Program-made: the position numbers and the translations under genes
Origin: a virus
Lineage: Duplodnaviria; Caudoviricetes
Reading direction: 5' to 3' (one strand)
IMG/VR virus record: IMGVR_UViG_3300043409_000487
Span: 1-57,453 of that record
DNA: 57,453 nucleotides
In this document: piece after piece, positions 28,423 to 36,795 of the stretch
Position numbering within the stretch: position 1 is the first letter of the stretch
Layout: every line of letters begins with the position of its first letter
The notes under the pieces: generated by a model
Told to the model about the DNA's origin: nothing
Databases searched by the model: none
What the model saw: the letters and a program-made list of their open reading frames with translations, nothing else

Positions 28423-29084
28423 TGACTATTCCAGCAACCCCATCCAACGCTCAACTTTGGTTCCACTGTGCAGGTTCTCTGACACTCCTAGAAGCCCAAA
28501 CGAACAAACGGAAGGCAAACCTCGGAACAGTGACCCATTCGCTTGCGGAGGTGTGTTACAAAGACGGTGCTGACCCATTTAAGTTGGCTGAATATGCAAA
28601 GTTCTATGTGGATTACATGCGTACCACTTTCAAAGACTGTGACGTTCGTTTAGAGCAGGAGTTTGACGTCAGTGACTGGATGTTGTCGCCAGATAAAACA
28701 CATGCGGCTAGACCAGACGCTGTCGTGTTCGGTAAGGAAGATGGTTGGGTTTACGTCACAGACCTGAAGACGGGACATGAAGCAGTTTATGCTACCAATA
28801 ATCCACAACTACGGTTGAGCGCACTTGGTGTTTGGGCTTCTGTTTATCGTGATGAGGAGACCTTTGGTAAGATTAAGGGCTTCGTATTGCAGATTATCCA
28901 ACCACCACACAAAGCAGTGGATGAAGAACGATTGACAGTAGAGGAGTTACTGGGTTGGGGTCAACTTGCCAAAGAACGCTACAAACTTATCCCTACAGAG
29001 CAGTTCTCTCCAGGATACTATTGTGGTAGGTGTTACGCTGCAAACCGTTGTCCTAACAAGCGTATAGAGGAAGCGTTGTTTTAG
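28422..29084 (+). CDS. Cas4-like / DUF2800 PD-(D/E)XK exonuclease
   Basis: N-terminal Cys, GT..H, PD..DLKTG, NPQL and C-terminal CxxCx5C. Confidence 0.75.
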   Translation: MTIPATPSNAQLWFHCAGSLTLLEAQTNKRKANLGTVTHSLAEVCYKDGADPFKLAEYAKFYVDYMRTTFKDCDVRLEQEFDVSDWMLSPDKTHAARPDAVVFGKEDGWVYVTDLKTGHEAVYATNNPQLRLSALGVWASVYRDEETFGKIKGFVLQIIQPPHKAVDEERLTVEELLGWGQLAKERYKLIPTEQFSPGYYCGRCYAANRCPNKRIEEALF

Positions 29085-29108
29085 AGCAACAAAAGTTCAC
29101 TTACTATG

Positions 29109-29189
29109 CAAAATAGTTGTTGTCTTTTGTCGTTACAGAAGACAAGATTCACTTACGGTTTGTGTGAACCGCAATTTAGAAAAGGAGCA
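29109..29189 (+). promoter_or_regulatory. 81-bp promoter-hairpin-RBS cassette, copy 1
   Basis: Identical to 34525..34605 except for one base. TTGTCT-N17-CAAGAT and AGAAAAGGAG. Confidence 0.85.
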
Positions 29190-29194
29190 ATATC

Positions 29195-29521
29195 ATGGGT
29201 GACCGAGTACTGATGCAAATTCATAGCAGTAAAACTGGTGAATTTGGTCCAGTTGTTTACGGACATTGGTCTGGTGGAAAAGCGGTTGAGATATGCGAAT
29301 CGCTAAAACAAAAGATGAACACAAGACAAGGTGATGTCAGCTATTCTTCAGCAAGATTGGTGCAGTTGATGATTCAACTTTCTGGCGTGGCTGATGAAAA
29401 CACTTCAGTCGGAATTTGGAACACAGAAAAGAAATTGACCAACGCAGATTCTCATGGTGATGAAGGTGTGTTCCTCATAGACTGTGATAACAACCACTCT
29501 TATGAACAAATCGGCAACTAA
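29195..29521 (+). CDS. Hypothetical early protein
   Basis: Directly behind the cassette RBS; MGDR...YGHW motif. Confidence 0.75.
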   Translation: MGDRVLMQIHSSKTGEFGPVVYGHWSGGKAVEICESLKQKMNTRQGDVSYSSARLVQLMIQLSGVADENTSVGIWNTEKKLTNADSHGDEGVFLIDCDNNHSYEQIGN

Positions 29522-29783
29522 TTCCCTAACCTGCAAATGCCCTGCATATCGCTTCCCTCATCGCTTCGGCTGGGGGAAGTGTACAGGATACTGGGTTGTT
29601 GAAGAACACTGGCAAAGAACCTACGGTGGTTGTGAAGATTGCAAACGCTGTAATTCACGAGACATCGAGAATGGAGAATGTCAAGTCGTCAGTGGACAAG
29701 AATCAGTAACTGAATGCACTGTTTGGCAAGAGTACGTCCACTTCAATGAGGCATATTTACCGAAGAGGCTTAGAAACAGATGA
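29502..29783 (+). CDS. Cys-rich hypothetical protein
   Basis: CKCPAYRFPHR..GKC and CxxCxxC. Confidence 0.65.
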   Translation: MNKSATNSLTCKCPAYRFPHRFGWGKCTGYWVVEEHWQRTYGGCEDCKRCNSRDIENGECQVVSGQESVTECTVWQEYVHFNEAYLPKRLRNR

Positions 29784-29983
29784 AACTGCTAATAATCGGA
29801 ACTATACTTTTGTCTGGGTGTGTTGTTACTCCAAAAGTGTACCAAACTTCACCAAGAGGTTGGTATGGGGAATTACCACCAGACCCAGTTCAGGTTGAGC
29901 CTGAGTGGTACAAAAAGCAGAAGGCTGATTGCTTTAAGCCTTCATTGTATGACAGACCTATTTGTGATGTTTGGAGAAAGTGA
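29780..29983 (+). CDS. Small lipoprotein
   Basis: Lipobox MKLLIIGTILLSG-C. Confidence 0.65.
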   Translation: MKLLIIGTILLSGCVVTPKVYQTSPRGWYGELPPDPVQVEPEWYKKQKADCFKPSLYDRPICDVWRK

Positions 29984-30579
29984 TGAGTGAAAAGAACCGT
30001 GAGCAATGGCTCAACGAAGGTATGGAACTGCTGAAGAACAAATACTTCGCAGAGTATGACACCACCGTTGGCAGGTTCCCTGAAAAACTTCGGGTGAGTG
30101 TTGGTTGGTGTCGTTCCAAGAAGGCAATTGGAGAGTGCTGGAAGCCAGAGTGCTCGACAGAAGATGCAGTAGAGATGTTTATTTCACCAAAACTGGAAGA
30201 ACCTATTGAAGTGCTGGCGACTTTGCTGCACGAACTGATTCATGCCTTTATTGGAAATGACAAGAAACATGGTGCTGAGTTCAAAGAACTTGCTAGAAAG
30301 TTTGGACTTGCTGGAAAGTTGACAGCAACTTATGCAGAACCAGAAAGTATCCTGTGGGTGGAACTGAAGGGGCTTGCTGAACAACTTGGTGACTACCCAC
30401 ACAAGGCAATGATGCTGAGTGGTTTGTTGGTGAAAGAACCTTCAACCAAAGAAAAACTTTGGGTACGCTATGTGTCCACTAAAATACCTTCGTACAAAGT
30501 CGTTGCTTCAACAAGGCAGGTAGACCAATACGGTGTTCCACGTGACCCACTCGGTGAAGAAATGGTGGTGGCAACATGA
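29983..30579 (+). CDS. SprT-like zincin metallopeptidase
   Basis: IGECW, LLHELIH and HG..F motifs. Confidence 0.75.
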   Translation: MSEKNREQWLNEGMELLKNKYFAEYDTTVGRFPEKLRVSVGWCRSKKAIGECWKPECSTEDAVEMFISPKLEEPIEVLATLLHELIHAFIGNDKKHGAEFKELARKFGLAGKLTATYAEPESILWVELKGLAEQLGDYPHKAMMLSGLLVKEPSTKEKLWVRYVSTKIPSYKVVASTRQVDQYGVPRDPLGEEMVVAT

Positions 30580-30767
30580 ACCACCCTTCTGTATTTATGG
30601 TGCATTGTGAGTACCCAACAGGGCAGCGTGAAAAGATTGCCGTCCCAGCCTACACACCAGACCAAGCAAGAAAGTCAATCAGTGAGATGGTTCGTGAGGG
30701 TTCTTTACCAGAACGCACGAAAATCCTGAAAATTAAACTGAAAATGAAGGGGGAAGGTGATGCGTAA
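30576..30767 (+). CDS. Hypothetical protein
   Basis: ATGA coupling. Confidence 0.55.
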   Translation: MNHPSVFMVHCEYPTGQREKIAVPAYTPDQARKSISEMVREGSLPERTKILKIKLKMKGEGDA

Positions 30768-30963
30768 CTTAGTCTCTGTGGTGTTGTTTGTGGCTCTAAC
30801 TGCTATTGTATTCTTAACTGCTTGCTGGGCACTTGACTTACCTGTTGTGTCTGTTGATTTTGAAGGTAACTGTGTGAAAGTGGAAACCAAAGAGGGCTTG
30901 GGTTCTTGTGACTCTTTGCCAGAAAAATATGATTTAGTCTATGTGAGAGGAAACTCGGAATGA
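30760..30963 (+). CDS. Small membrane/secreted protein
   Basis: N-terminal hydrophobic helix, two Cys. Confidence 0.6.
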   Translation: MRNLVSVVLFVALTAIVFLTACWALDLPVVSVDFEGNCVKVETKEGLGSCDSLPEKYDLVYVRGNSE

Positions 30964-31613
30964 ATGTAAACACCCTTAAACTTGTCGGTGAGTTCCAACA
31001 AGCGTTTGACCCAGCCAATGTTGGGCATGAACAACCAATCAAGCTGCCAGAAAGTATGCCAGACTTGGCTGTTTTGGCTACCAAGATGACAGAACTCGGT
31101 GAGGAACTACACGAGTTTGCCAGAATTAAAAAGGAAGCAGGAGAAACTCTCGAATCCACCTTGGGCTTAAGACTACAACTCTGCCAAGAAGAACTAGCTG
31201 AATTGGCAACTGCCATGTCCAGTGGTGACCAACTCGAATGTTTGGATGCACTGACTGATATGCAGTACGTGCTGGATGGAACGTACCACACCTTGGGCTT
31301 GGCTCACTTAAAAGGAGAGGCGTTCTTGGAAGTACAACGCAGCAATATGTCTAAACTGGGTGAAGACGGCAAACCAATTCGGAACGAAGCAGGTCGTGTT
31401 GTCAAGGGTGCAAACTACTCCCCACCAGACATAGAAAAAATCCTATCAAGTGGTGGTAAACCAAAGCAGGTGCAGCAAATCAGCAAATCCCACTTCTACC
31501 ATATGCAGTGTTCCAGCTGTAAGCAATGGTGGGCGGTTGAAGACCCCAACCACAACAAGTCAGAATACTACTGTCCACATTGTGGTGCAGAAAATAAAGT
31601 TGAGACAGCATAA
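30960..31613 (+). CDS. MazG-like all-alpha NTP pyrophosphohydrolase with C-terminal Zn ribbon
   Basis: EELAEL..DALTDMQYV, EVQRSNMSK and G..VKG.NY.PPD motifs; C-terminal CxxC...CPHC. Confidence 0.8.
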   Translation: MNVNTLKLVGEFQQAFDPANVGHEQPIKLPESMPDLAVLATKMTELGEELHEFARIKKEAGETLESTLGLRLQLCQEELAELATAMSSGDQLECLDALTDMQYVLDGTYHTLGLAHLKGEAFLEVQRSNMSKLGEDGKPIRNEAGRVVKGANYSPPDIEKILSSGGKPKQVQQISKSHFYHMQCSSCKQWWAVEDPNHNKSEYYCPHCGAENKVETA

Positions 31614-31621
31614 AATACTTG

Positions 31622-31697
31622 TTGTCTTTTGTCGAAGTTAGACTATAATGATATTCATGGTCAATGGTGACCATGAAACTGAACCCAGAAAAGGAGT
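31622..31697 (+). promoter_or_regulatory. Promoter-hairpin-RBS cassette (variant)
   Basis: TTGTCT-N16-TATAAT, perfect hairpin TTCATGGTCA/TGACCATGAA and AACCCAGAAAAGGAG, as at 16080. Confidence 0.75.
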
Positions 31698-31703
31698 AAC
31701 ACT

Positions 31704-32399
31704 ATGAGCCACTTTACCGTATTAGTCATTGGCGAAAACCCAGAACAGCAATTAGCACCATTCGACGAGAATGAAAGCGTCCCAGAGTATGTTCGATACA
31801 CCAAAGAACAATTGATTGAACGTGGTAAACAAGAAATTGCCAACTACAACACCAATGTGTACCAAAAATACTTGGCTGACAAAGAAGCCTACGCAGCAGA
31901 CTGCCGTAACCCAGACCACCTAACGTACCTTGAAACTGAATTCCCAGCGAAGTTAGGCTGGACAGAAGAAGAAATTTATCAGGACGCCATTAAGCACTGT
32001 GAGCCAGAAGAACTTAATGCTGAAGGTGGGATTCTGTCAACGTACAACCCACTGTCTAAGTGGGACTGGTACCAACTTGGTGGACGTTGGACGGGGTTCT
32101 TCAAGATGAAGGAAGGCTGTGTTGGAACCATTGGTGAGAAGTCTTGGGCTTCTGAACAACCTCCTGTAAACACAGCAGACCAAGCGTTGAAGCGTGACAT
32201 TGATTTTGCTGGTAGCCTCAACAACGGACGTACTTTTGCGGTATTGAAGGATGGACAGTGGTACGAACGTGGAGAAATGGGCTGGTGGGGTATTGTTATC
32301 GACGGTAAGGAAGATGAGCAGTGGGAACAGGAATTTGATAAACTGTTGTCTGAGTTGCCAGAAGACACGCTGTTGTCAGTGTACGACTGTCATATCTAA
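31704..32399 (+). CDS. Conserved phage hypothetical protein
   Basis: MSHF.VLVI, NP.SKWDWYQLGGRW and VYDCHI motifs. Confidence 0.75.
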   Translation: MSHFTVLVIGENPEQQLAPFDENESVPEYVRYTKEQLIERGKQEIANYNTNVYQKYLADKEAYAADCRNPDHLTYLETEFPAKLGWTEEEIYQDAIKHCEPEELNAEGGILSTYNPLSKWDWYQLGGRWTGFFKMKEGCVGTIGEKSWASEQPPVNTADQALKRDIDFAGSLNNGRTFAVLKDGQWYERGEMGWWGIVIDGKEDEQWEQEFDKLLSELPEDTLLSVYDCHI

Positions 32400-32407
32400 C
32401 TAAACCT

Positions 32408-32434
32408 GAGTAACTACCAAGTTGGTAGTTACTC
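32408..32434. terminator. Perfect 13-bp palindrome (terminator or operator)
   Basis: GAGTAACTACCAA-G-TTGGTAGTTACTC in an intergenic gap. Confidence 0.45.
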
Positions 32435-32455
32435 TCTTCAAACTTGGAGGTTATT

Positions 32456-32701
32456 GTGCCGCAAGTCACAAACATATACAGTCGTGATGTTTACTTCAAC
32501 CAAGTCTTCACGTGCAGCAACTGTGGTAAGAAACAACTGGGAGACAGAGTTTGCACAACAATCCATTGCAGTTCTCCCAGCGAAATTGCTGAACAACTTG
32601 AACGTATTCCACTCAACCCAAACAATATGCCTGTCGGTTGGGGTAGTGGTGGGCGTGGATTTTATAATTGTGGGTGTGGTTCTTCGGTAAGGGGTGGGTG
32701 A
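32456..32701 (+). CDS. Small Cys-rich hypothetical protein
   Basis: GGAGG RBS before GTG; CSNC. Confidence 0.5.
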   Translation: MPQVTNIYSRDVYFNQVFTCSNCGKKQLGDRVCTTIHCSSPSEIAEQLERIPLNPNNMPVGWGSGGRGFYNCGCGSSVRGG

Positions 32702-33015
32702 TGAACTTAGAACAATACTTGGCAACTCAGGGAATTTTCAACATCGTTGACAAGGGTGGTGTCATTTGTGGGCTGAACGACTACCTCACCACCCGTGCGA
32801 TTGTCGTTGGGCTTGGTGAACTTGGGTATGAACTGCGGTACTGTTACCCAACAAGGCAAGAAGCAGACGCTGCATTAGAACAGTGGGACGGTATTGGACA
32901 TCCTCCTGGAAATTGGGTAAAGGCAAAAGGTATTTATCAAGGAGAACCTGTAGACATGTTGAACCCTGAATACTTGGATTCAGTAGAACGCCCAAAGTCT
33001 TCTGGCAGGACTTAA
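32701..33015 (+). CDS. Hypothetical protein
   Basis: TGATG coupling; RYCY..A..AL..WDG.G.PPG.W motif. Confidence 0.7.
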   Translation: MNLEQYLATQGIFNIVDKGGVICGLNDYLTTRAIVVGLGELGYELRYCYPTRQEADAALEQWDGIGHPPGNWVKAKGIYQGEPVDMLNPEYLDSVERPKSSGRT

Positions 33016-33084
33016 AACTGCCACCAATCAATTTATGGAACGCACCTTTGATGTGGTTCCGAAACAGAGAAAAGGAGTAACAGC

Positions 33085-34311
33085 ATGCGTCATGTAGTAT
33101 TTAAGAATAGTGGTGTTCTAGACCCACGTTCAATCATTACCTTTGGTGTGTCAGCCAAGGCAGGTAAGTCCCCAATCGGTTACTTTGGTACTGGACTAAA
33201 GTATGCAATCGCTGTGTTGATTCGCAATGGTATTGACATCTCAGTGTTCTCTGGGGAACGACTTTACACCTTTGGTAAGGCAGAAGTCACTATCCGTGGC
33301 ACTGGGTTCAGCTTGCTGAAGATGTGTACGCATGACCTTGCTGGCGAGCTACTGTCAGAGCAGGAACTTGGCTTCACCACTGAGTTGGGTAAGAACTGGA
33401 CTGTGCGACAGGCGTTCCGTGAACTGTATTCCAATATGCTGGACGAAAGTGGCACTTGTGAACTTATGGGTGATGAACAGTTGGTAGACATACACCTTGA
33501 AGAAAACACGACAATTGTTGTCAGCGGTCAGCCATTCATTGACGTGTTCTACACCAAAGGTGAAACATTCTTGCAGACCCCAGCCAAACTTGAGTATGAG
33601 CGCATGGAAGTTCACTCTGGGGAACCAACTTGGGCGTATTACCGTGGGGTGCGAGTACATGAACTGCAAAAGCCCACTCGATTTACGTACAATTTAGTTG
33701 GTGCAGTAGAATTGACAGAGGACAGAACGCTAAAGTACTCCTTTTACTTCACGGACTGGCTTAAATACACAATCAGCCAAGCAACTGATGAAGAATTCAT
33801 TGAACAAGTCCTTATCTGTGGAGAAAACTACACAGAACATACGCTGGACTTCTCCTCAGTGGATGAAGAACCAAGTGAAGCGTACATGACAGTGCTATCA
33901 CGCTATGTGGATGACCGAAGCAGTCGCATAAACCATTCAATGATTACTTACTACAAGCGGTTCTCAGCTAAAACTGGTACTGTAAAGCAGGTTGAGCTGA
34001 CACCAGTAGAATTACAGCAGTTGGACAAGGCGAGAAAGTTTGTGGAGAACGTCCTTGGGATGAAGACAGACACATACCCAATATACGTTGTGGACTTCCT
34101 CGGTGACGACGTTCTAGGGCTTGCAGAGAACGGCTGCTGCTTTATCTCCAGACGTGTGTTCAGGCAAGGCACGAAACAGGTTGCTGCAACCCTGTATGAA
34201 GAGTTCTTACACCTTTCTGAGCACCTACAAGACTGTACTTATGGTATGCAGAACTATCTATTCGATGTCATTTGTTCGTTGGGCGAACAAATTCAAGGAG
34301 AACCGTTATGA
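33085..34311 (+). CDS. GHKL-ATPase-like protein with C-terminal zincin-like motif
   Basis: FGVSAK..IGYFGTGLKYA and RELYSN.LDE motifs; C-terminal LYEEFLH. Confidence 0.65.
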   Translation: MRHVVFKNSGVLDPRSIITFGVSAKAGKSPIGYFGTGLKYAIAVLIRNGIDISVFSGERLYTFGKAEVTIRGTGFSLLKMCTHDLAGELLSEQELGFTTELGKNWTVRQAFRELYSNMLDESGTCELMGDEQLVDIHLEENTTIVVSGQPFIDVFYTKGETFLQTPAKLEYERMEVHSGEPTWAYYRGVRVHELQKPTRFTYNLVGAVELTEDRTLKYSFYFTDWLKYTISQATDEEFIEQVLICGENYTEHTLDFSSVDEEPSEAYMTVLSRYVDDRSSRINHSMITYYKRFSAKTGTVKQVELTPVELQQLDKARKFVENVLGMKTDTYPIYVVDFLGDDVLGLAENGCCFISRRVFRQGTKQVAATLYEEFLHLSEHLQDCTYGMQNYLFDVICSLGEQIQGEPL

Positions 34312-34532
34312 GTAACACACCAACAAAAACTTACCTCCGTCCATGGTTCATCCTCCTTGTAGACCTCTTTGTTCTTTGGGTTATGGTTCGAGAAGGCTTC
34401 TTCAACGGCAATCCTTGGGTGTTCTTGTTGTTACTACTGTTGTTCCTAGGCACATTCTTTGCTGGTATTGCCTCTGGTATTGGTTGGGTTGGCAGTAAGC
34501 TGATTGAAACAATTGACAAATATTCAAAATAG
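34308..34532 (+). CDS. Small two-TM membrane protein
   Basis: Two hydrophobic segments; AAGGAG RBS. Confidence 0.6.
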   Translation: MSNTPTKTYLRPWFILLVDLFVLWVMVREGFFNGNPWVFLLLLLLFLGTFFAGIASGIGWVGSKLIETIDKYSK

Positions 34533-34605
34533 TTGTTGTCTTTTGTCGTTACAGAAGACAAGATTCACTTACGGTTTATGTGAACCGCAATTTAGAAAAG
34601 GAGCA
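34525..34605 (+). promoter_or_regulatory. 81-bp promoter-hairpin-RBS cassette, copy 2
   Basis: Direct repeat of 29109..29189. Confidence 0.85.
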
Positions 34606-34609
34606 TAAA

Positions 34610-34948
34610 ATGCTATCAGATATTCTTCGCAAACTCGCTGACGAACTTGAAGAACAGGAAAAGCCTGAACTTGGTACAGCGGTTGCTAAACTTGACAACA
34701 TCATCCCAATGTTCTACATCAAAGGCGTGGATGACGAAGGTGACCGCTTCAAGTGTCAAGTGCCTGCAGACACAGACCTCGAAGAAATTGAAGTCTTCAA
34801 CAACTTGATAGAACAAGGGTGCAGCGATATTACTGCGAAGGCAATTGCAGAATGTTGGGGCAAACACATTGTCATGATTCGCAAGGCAAAGGAAGCAGCA
34901 ATGGCAATGCACGCTTCTGAACGCCCAATCAGCAGCACTAAACACTAA
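34610..34948 (+). CDS. Hypothetical early protein
   Basis: Directly behind the cassette RBS. Confidence 0.7.
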   Translation: MLSDILRKLADELEEQEKPELGTAVAKLDNIIPMFYIKGVDDEGDRFKCQVPADTDLEEIEVFNNLIEQGCSDITAKAIAECWGKHIVMIRKAKEAAMAMHASERPISSTKH

Positions 34949-34995
34949 CCACTGAACACCCTCTGGGCTTCTGTTCAGAGGGTTGGAGAATCAAA

Positions 34996-35417
34996 ATGGG
35001 ATACGTATTATTGTTCGCAGCAACTGCACTTGTCATCTTCGGTATTTATAGACTTTTCACTAAACGTCCTGTAGTCGTGGAAGAACTTCGTTTGAAGAAC
35101 CCCCATTAGAAAAGTGGGAAGACTTGTACCCAATAGAACCTAAGGCGGTTCAGCATAAACCTGTGGTTGAAAAGCCCAAGCGGTATGACACACCACGTTC
35201 TTCAACGACATCTCATAGTTCAAGCAGCACCAGTAGCGATTCAATGCAGGACTTAGCTGTGCTGGCACTGATGACACAGCAGCCAATGGACTCTACGACT
35301 GAACGACTATTGGATAGGACAGAACCAACACCGACTTACTCTGGTGGGGGTGGTGAAGCAGGAGGGAGAAGGCTGCGTGAGCAAGAAAATACCCCACACC
35401 CACCACACACCGATTAA
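34996..35417 (+). pseudogene. Apparently frameshifted membrane-anchored Ser/Gly-rich protein (34996..35109 plus -1 frame to 35417)
   Basis: A TM ORF with GGAG RBS stops just after a C5 run (35100-35104). The -1 frame continues as a low-complexity SSSS...YSGGGG tail. Confidence 0.45.
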
Positions 35418-35886
35418 CAGACAAACAGCAATTGTAATGAATCAAAGTGGGTGTGAAGATAACATACTGGAAGACCAACAGACACAATTACTGCTGTTGC
35501 GCAGAAACCTAAAACTAGAGGCTGACAAACTTCAATCAGAAGTTATGGAACTAAACAATAGGTTGAAGCAAATAAAGCAGAAGTATGTTGGCAGAAGACC
35601 AGAACACACCAGAGGTAACTACCACACCAAAGTTGTACCATTGGAAAACAGAAGAAGGGAACTTGGGCTCAGGTTGCAGGAAATACACAAGAAGCTGAGA
35701 CAACTCCCAACTGAAACTGGCGGTAAGTGGGACAGGGTTCTTTTGGAAGAATTCATGGAAGTTGCACGGATGTCCTTGGCTCCTGAAGAATATCAAAAGT
35801 GGCTGGACATCAGCAACAAGAGAACTTTGGAACGTATGCGTAAATTACTTGACGAAGTAGGAGAATCAAATGAAAGTCGAACTTAA
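35377..35886 (+). CDS. Coiled-coil hypothetical protein
   Basis: GGAGG RBS before GTG; heptad-rich. Confidence 0.6.
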   Translation: MSKKIPHTHHTPINRQTAIVMNQSGCEDNILEDQQTQLLLLRRNLKLEADKLQSEVMELNNRLKQIKQKYVGRRPEHTRGNYHTKVVPLENRRRELGLRLQEIHKKLRQLPTETGGKWDRVLLEEFMEVARMSLAPEEYQKWLDISNKRTLERMRKLLDEVGESNESRT

Positions 35887-36199
35887 AGAATACCTGATGG
35901 TTCTTGCTGGAATAAACCCCAGCCTGACAATCTGCGAAACCTCATTCAAACAGATGTGCGAAGTTGAGGCACGTGCTGGCTGTGCACAAACTTCAATTAG
36001 TGTTCGTGCGGACTACGTAGAAAAGTTCAAGAAATTCGTTGAACAAACTGGACTTACCGCTGCGGAGTATAGATTCTTTGGTAACATCACATTTATTGTT
36101 GCTTGGGGGAAACTTCGTGACCCGTTGATGCACCCTGTCGCAAAATACAGACTGGGTTTTGACGGGAAGTTCACGTTGGTTCCACGACAAAATACCTAA
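35870..36199 (+). CDS. Hypothetical protein
   Basis: AGGAG RBS. Confidence 0.65.
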   Translation: MKVELKEYLMVLAGINPSLTICETSFKQMCEVEARAGCAQTSISVRADYVEKFKKFVEQTGLTAAEYRFFGNITFIVAWGKLRDPLMHPVAKYRLGFDGKFTLVPRQNT

Positions 36200-36218
36200 A
36201 ACAATCATTTTCTTACAC

Positions 36219-36250
36219 ACGGCTCTCAATCTGGGAGCCGTATTCATTTG
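36219..36250 (+). terminator. Probable intrinsic terminator ending the early region
   Basis: ACGGCTC...GAGCCGT hairpin followed by T-rich sequence. Confidence 0.5.
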
Positions 36251-36345
36251 TGGTTTGCGTTGGACTTTTGTTGTGAATCTTGTCTTTTGGTTGTTCTGCC
36301 ACGTGAAAATAGCCCAAAACGGGGCAAAATCTGACTCAATTTATC

Positions 36346-36637
36346 TGTCTTCAATTTTTGAGTTTTGACTCAGTTTTTCTAACAGAAGACAACAAGGTAA
36401 GACAGCTAAAACGCTGTGCCCGACAGGGTTTACGTCAATCTGTCTTCACTAACTTCACTAACTCAGCCAAAATAAAATTGCTAGGCAGAGAGCAAAAACA
36501 GCGAAAAACGGCTCCTAGTCTATATCTCTCTCTCTTAATGAAGAGAGATAAGTATTTAAGTCAAGCCTTTTGAGTACAGGGTTTGCGGTGTCTTACCTTG
36601 TTGTCTTCTGTCTAAAGAATTGAGTCAGTGAAGACAG
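36346..36637. repeat. 292-bp palindromic intergenic element, copy 2
   Basis: Perfect 23-bp inverted arms 36382-36404 / 36589-36611; homologous to 7988..8279. Confidence 0.9.
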
Positions 36638-36795
36638 ATTGAATTTTGGTGGTTTTGGATAAAAGAGGGGGCGATTTTGCCCTTACCTTGGGTCATGCAC
36701 CAGTGACCTAGGTTCTAGAGAAACGGACAAACCTTCTGGGCTTTCTGTCATATAATTACAGTTATTGATAATCATGAATCACAAGGTGTCCTTAC

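Noticed and set aside
28422-29084. Cas4-like gene as evidence of a CRISPR system
   Set aside because: A solo Cas4/DUF2800 exonuclease is a normal part of phage replication modules; no array was seen.
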